From Squalus acanthias (Eukaryota): DNA of 64,000 nucleotides. Shown piece after piece: positions 62,981-64,000 of the stretch. How positions within the stretch are numbered: the first letter of the stretch is position 1; each line of letters opens with the position of its first letter. A program made the translations under genes and the position numbers. The notes below the pieces were generated by a model. That model searched no databases, had not been told where the DNA came from, and was given only the letters and a program-made list of their open reading frames with translations. Location: positions 2,418,001 to 2,482,000 of the forward strand of contig CM059432.1 of the NCBI GenBank assembly GCA_030390025.1, written 5' to 3'.

Positions 62981-63364
62981 AATATGTCCTCAGTCAACCT
63001 GCTGATAATTTAGGAGAAATATATTCCACAGTAAACGAAATACCTGGCTGGAGTTCTTTGCATACCAGTTATGAAAAGATGTTTCTTCTAAAGCATGTTT
63101 AGCTCATTATGGGTTATTTTTGTGCTGCACTTACAACTTCAGTTTGTACTGTTTAATATTTGCTGAATGTGTTGTGTATTAAATAATCGTAATTACTGTT
63201 GTAAAAATCTACCAATCTGCAGCAAGTGTGGTAGTCTAGCCTGATACTCCGCTAAATCCAAGTGCACAGATTTTTCCAATTAGCTGTAAACATCACTCTT
63301 TGGGTCACACAAACTCCACAAAGGGCAGATTATTAACAAACCAATACATCTCCCGGATACAGAG

Positions 63365-63573
63365 CAGAGGCAAAATGCTGCGGATGCTGGAAATCTGAAA
63401 TACAATGAGAAAACGCTGGAAGCACTCAGCAGGTCAGGCAGCATCGGTGGAGAGAGAAACAGAGTTAACGTTTCAGGTCGGTTCAGGTTCTGACGGCAGG
63501 TCACCGACCTGAAACGTGAACTCTGTTTCTCTCTCTACCGATGCTGCCTGACCGGCTGAGTTTTTCCAGCATT
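63365..63573. mobile_element. Inverted pair of Penelope family B terminal repeats with degenerate hammerheads
   Basis: 63365-63482 (-) and 63487-63573 (+); + core reads CUGACGG..GAAACGUG. Confidence 0.75.
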
Positions 63574-63574
63574 T

Positions 63575-63800
63575 CCTGAAAGGTCTGGCTCTAATTTTCA
63601 GACTCTGCCCTCTAGTCCTAGAATCCCCAACCAGTGGAAATAGTTTCTCTCTATCTACCCTTTCTGTTCCCCTTAATATCTTGAAAACTTCGATCAAATC
63701 ACCTCTTTAATCATCTAAATTCCAGGGAATACAACCCTGGTTTGTGCAATCTCTCCTCGTAATTTAACCCTTAGAGTCCAGCTATGATTCTGGTAAAGCA
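63575..63800 (-). mobile_element. CR1 fragment
   Basis: IEVFKILRGTERVDREKLFPL. Confidence 0.75.
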
Positions 63801-64000
63801 TTAGACATATGAAACTGCTGTGAAACTGGGAGGGGAGAAAATAGTACAATAGAATGCTCAGAATTGTAAGAGGGAAGGTTAGCATTGCAAGGGAGCATTG
63901 ACGGGGATTCTGCGGTTGAAATTAAACATGTAAACCACATTTATCCTCAGAACCTCAATGGCTCATAAAACTAAAACTATTCTGAATGGTATTCTTGCCC

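Overview
Eukaryotic, repeat-saturated DNA, almost certainly from a shark or other cartilaginous fish (DeuSINE/SacSINE1-type and HE1-type SINEs, CR1, L2, RTE and Penelope-like elements). I could not identify any host protein-coding gene, and most ORFs in the track are retroposon fragments or low-complexity artefacts. Main features: (1) a full-length PIF/Harbinger transposon (1454-5594; TIRs, TAT duplication) with a DDE transposase and a convergent three-exon Myb/SANT-like gene, plus several Harbinger-type MITEs; (2) two families of Penelope-like elements (RT + GIY-YIG), whose terminal repeats place about nine minimal hammerhead-ribozyme motifs across the window, including a 121-bp insertion that is little more than the ribozyme and has a perfect 12-bp target duplication; (3) a 1.1-kb TG..CA solo-LTR-like insertion with a 6-bp duplication; (4) three SINE-LINE pairs sharing 3' ends, retroposon-derived minisatellites and a 1.7-kb (GGA)n tract. 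Boundaries of degraded LINE/SINE fragments were read by eye and are approximate. Family names come from motif recognition, not from database searches.
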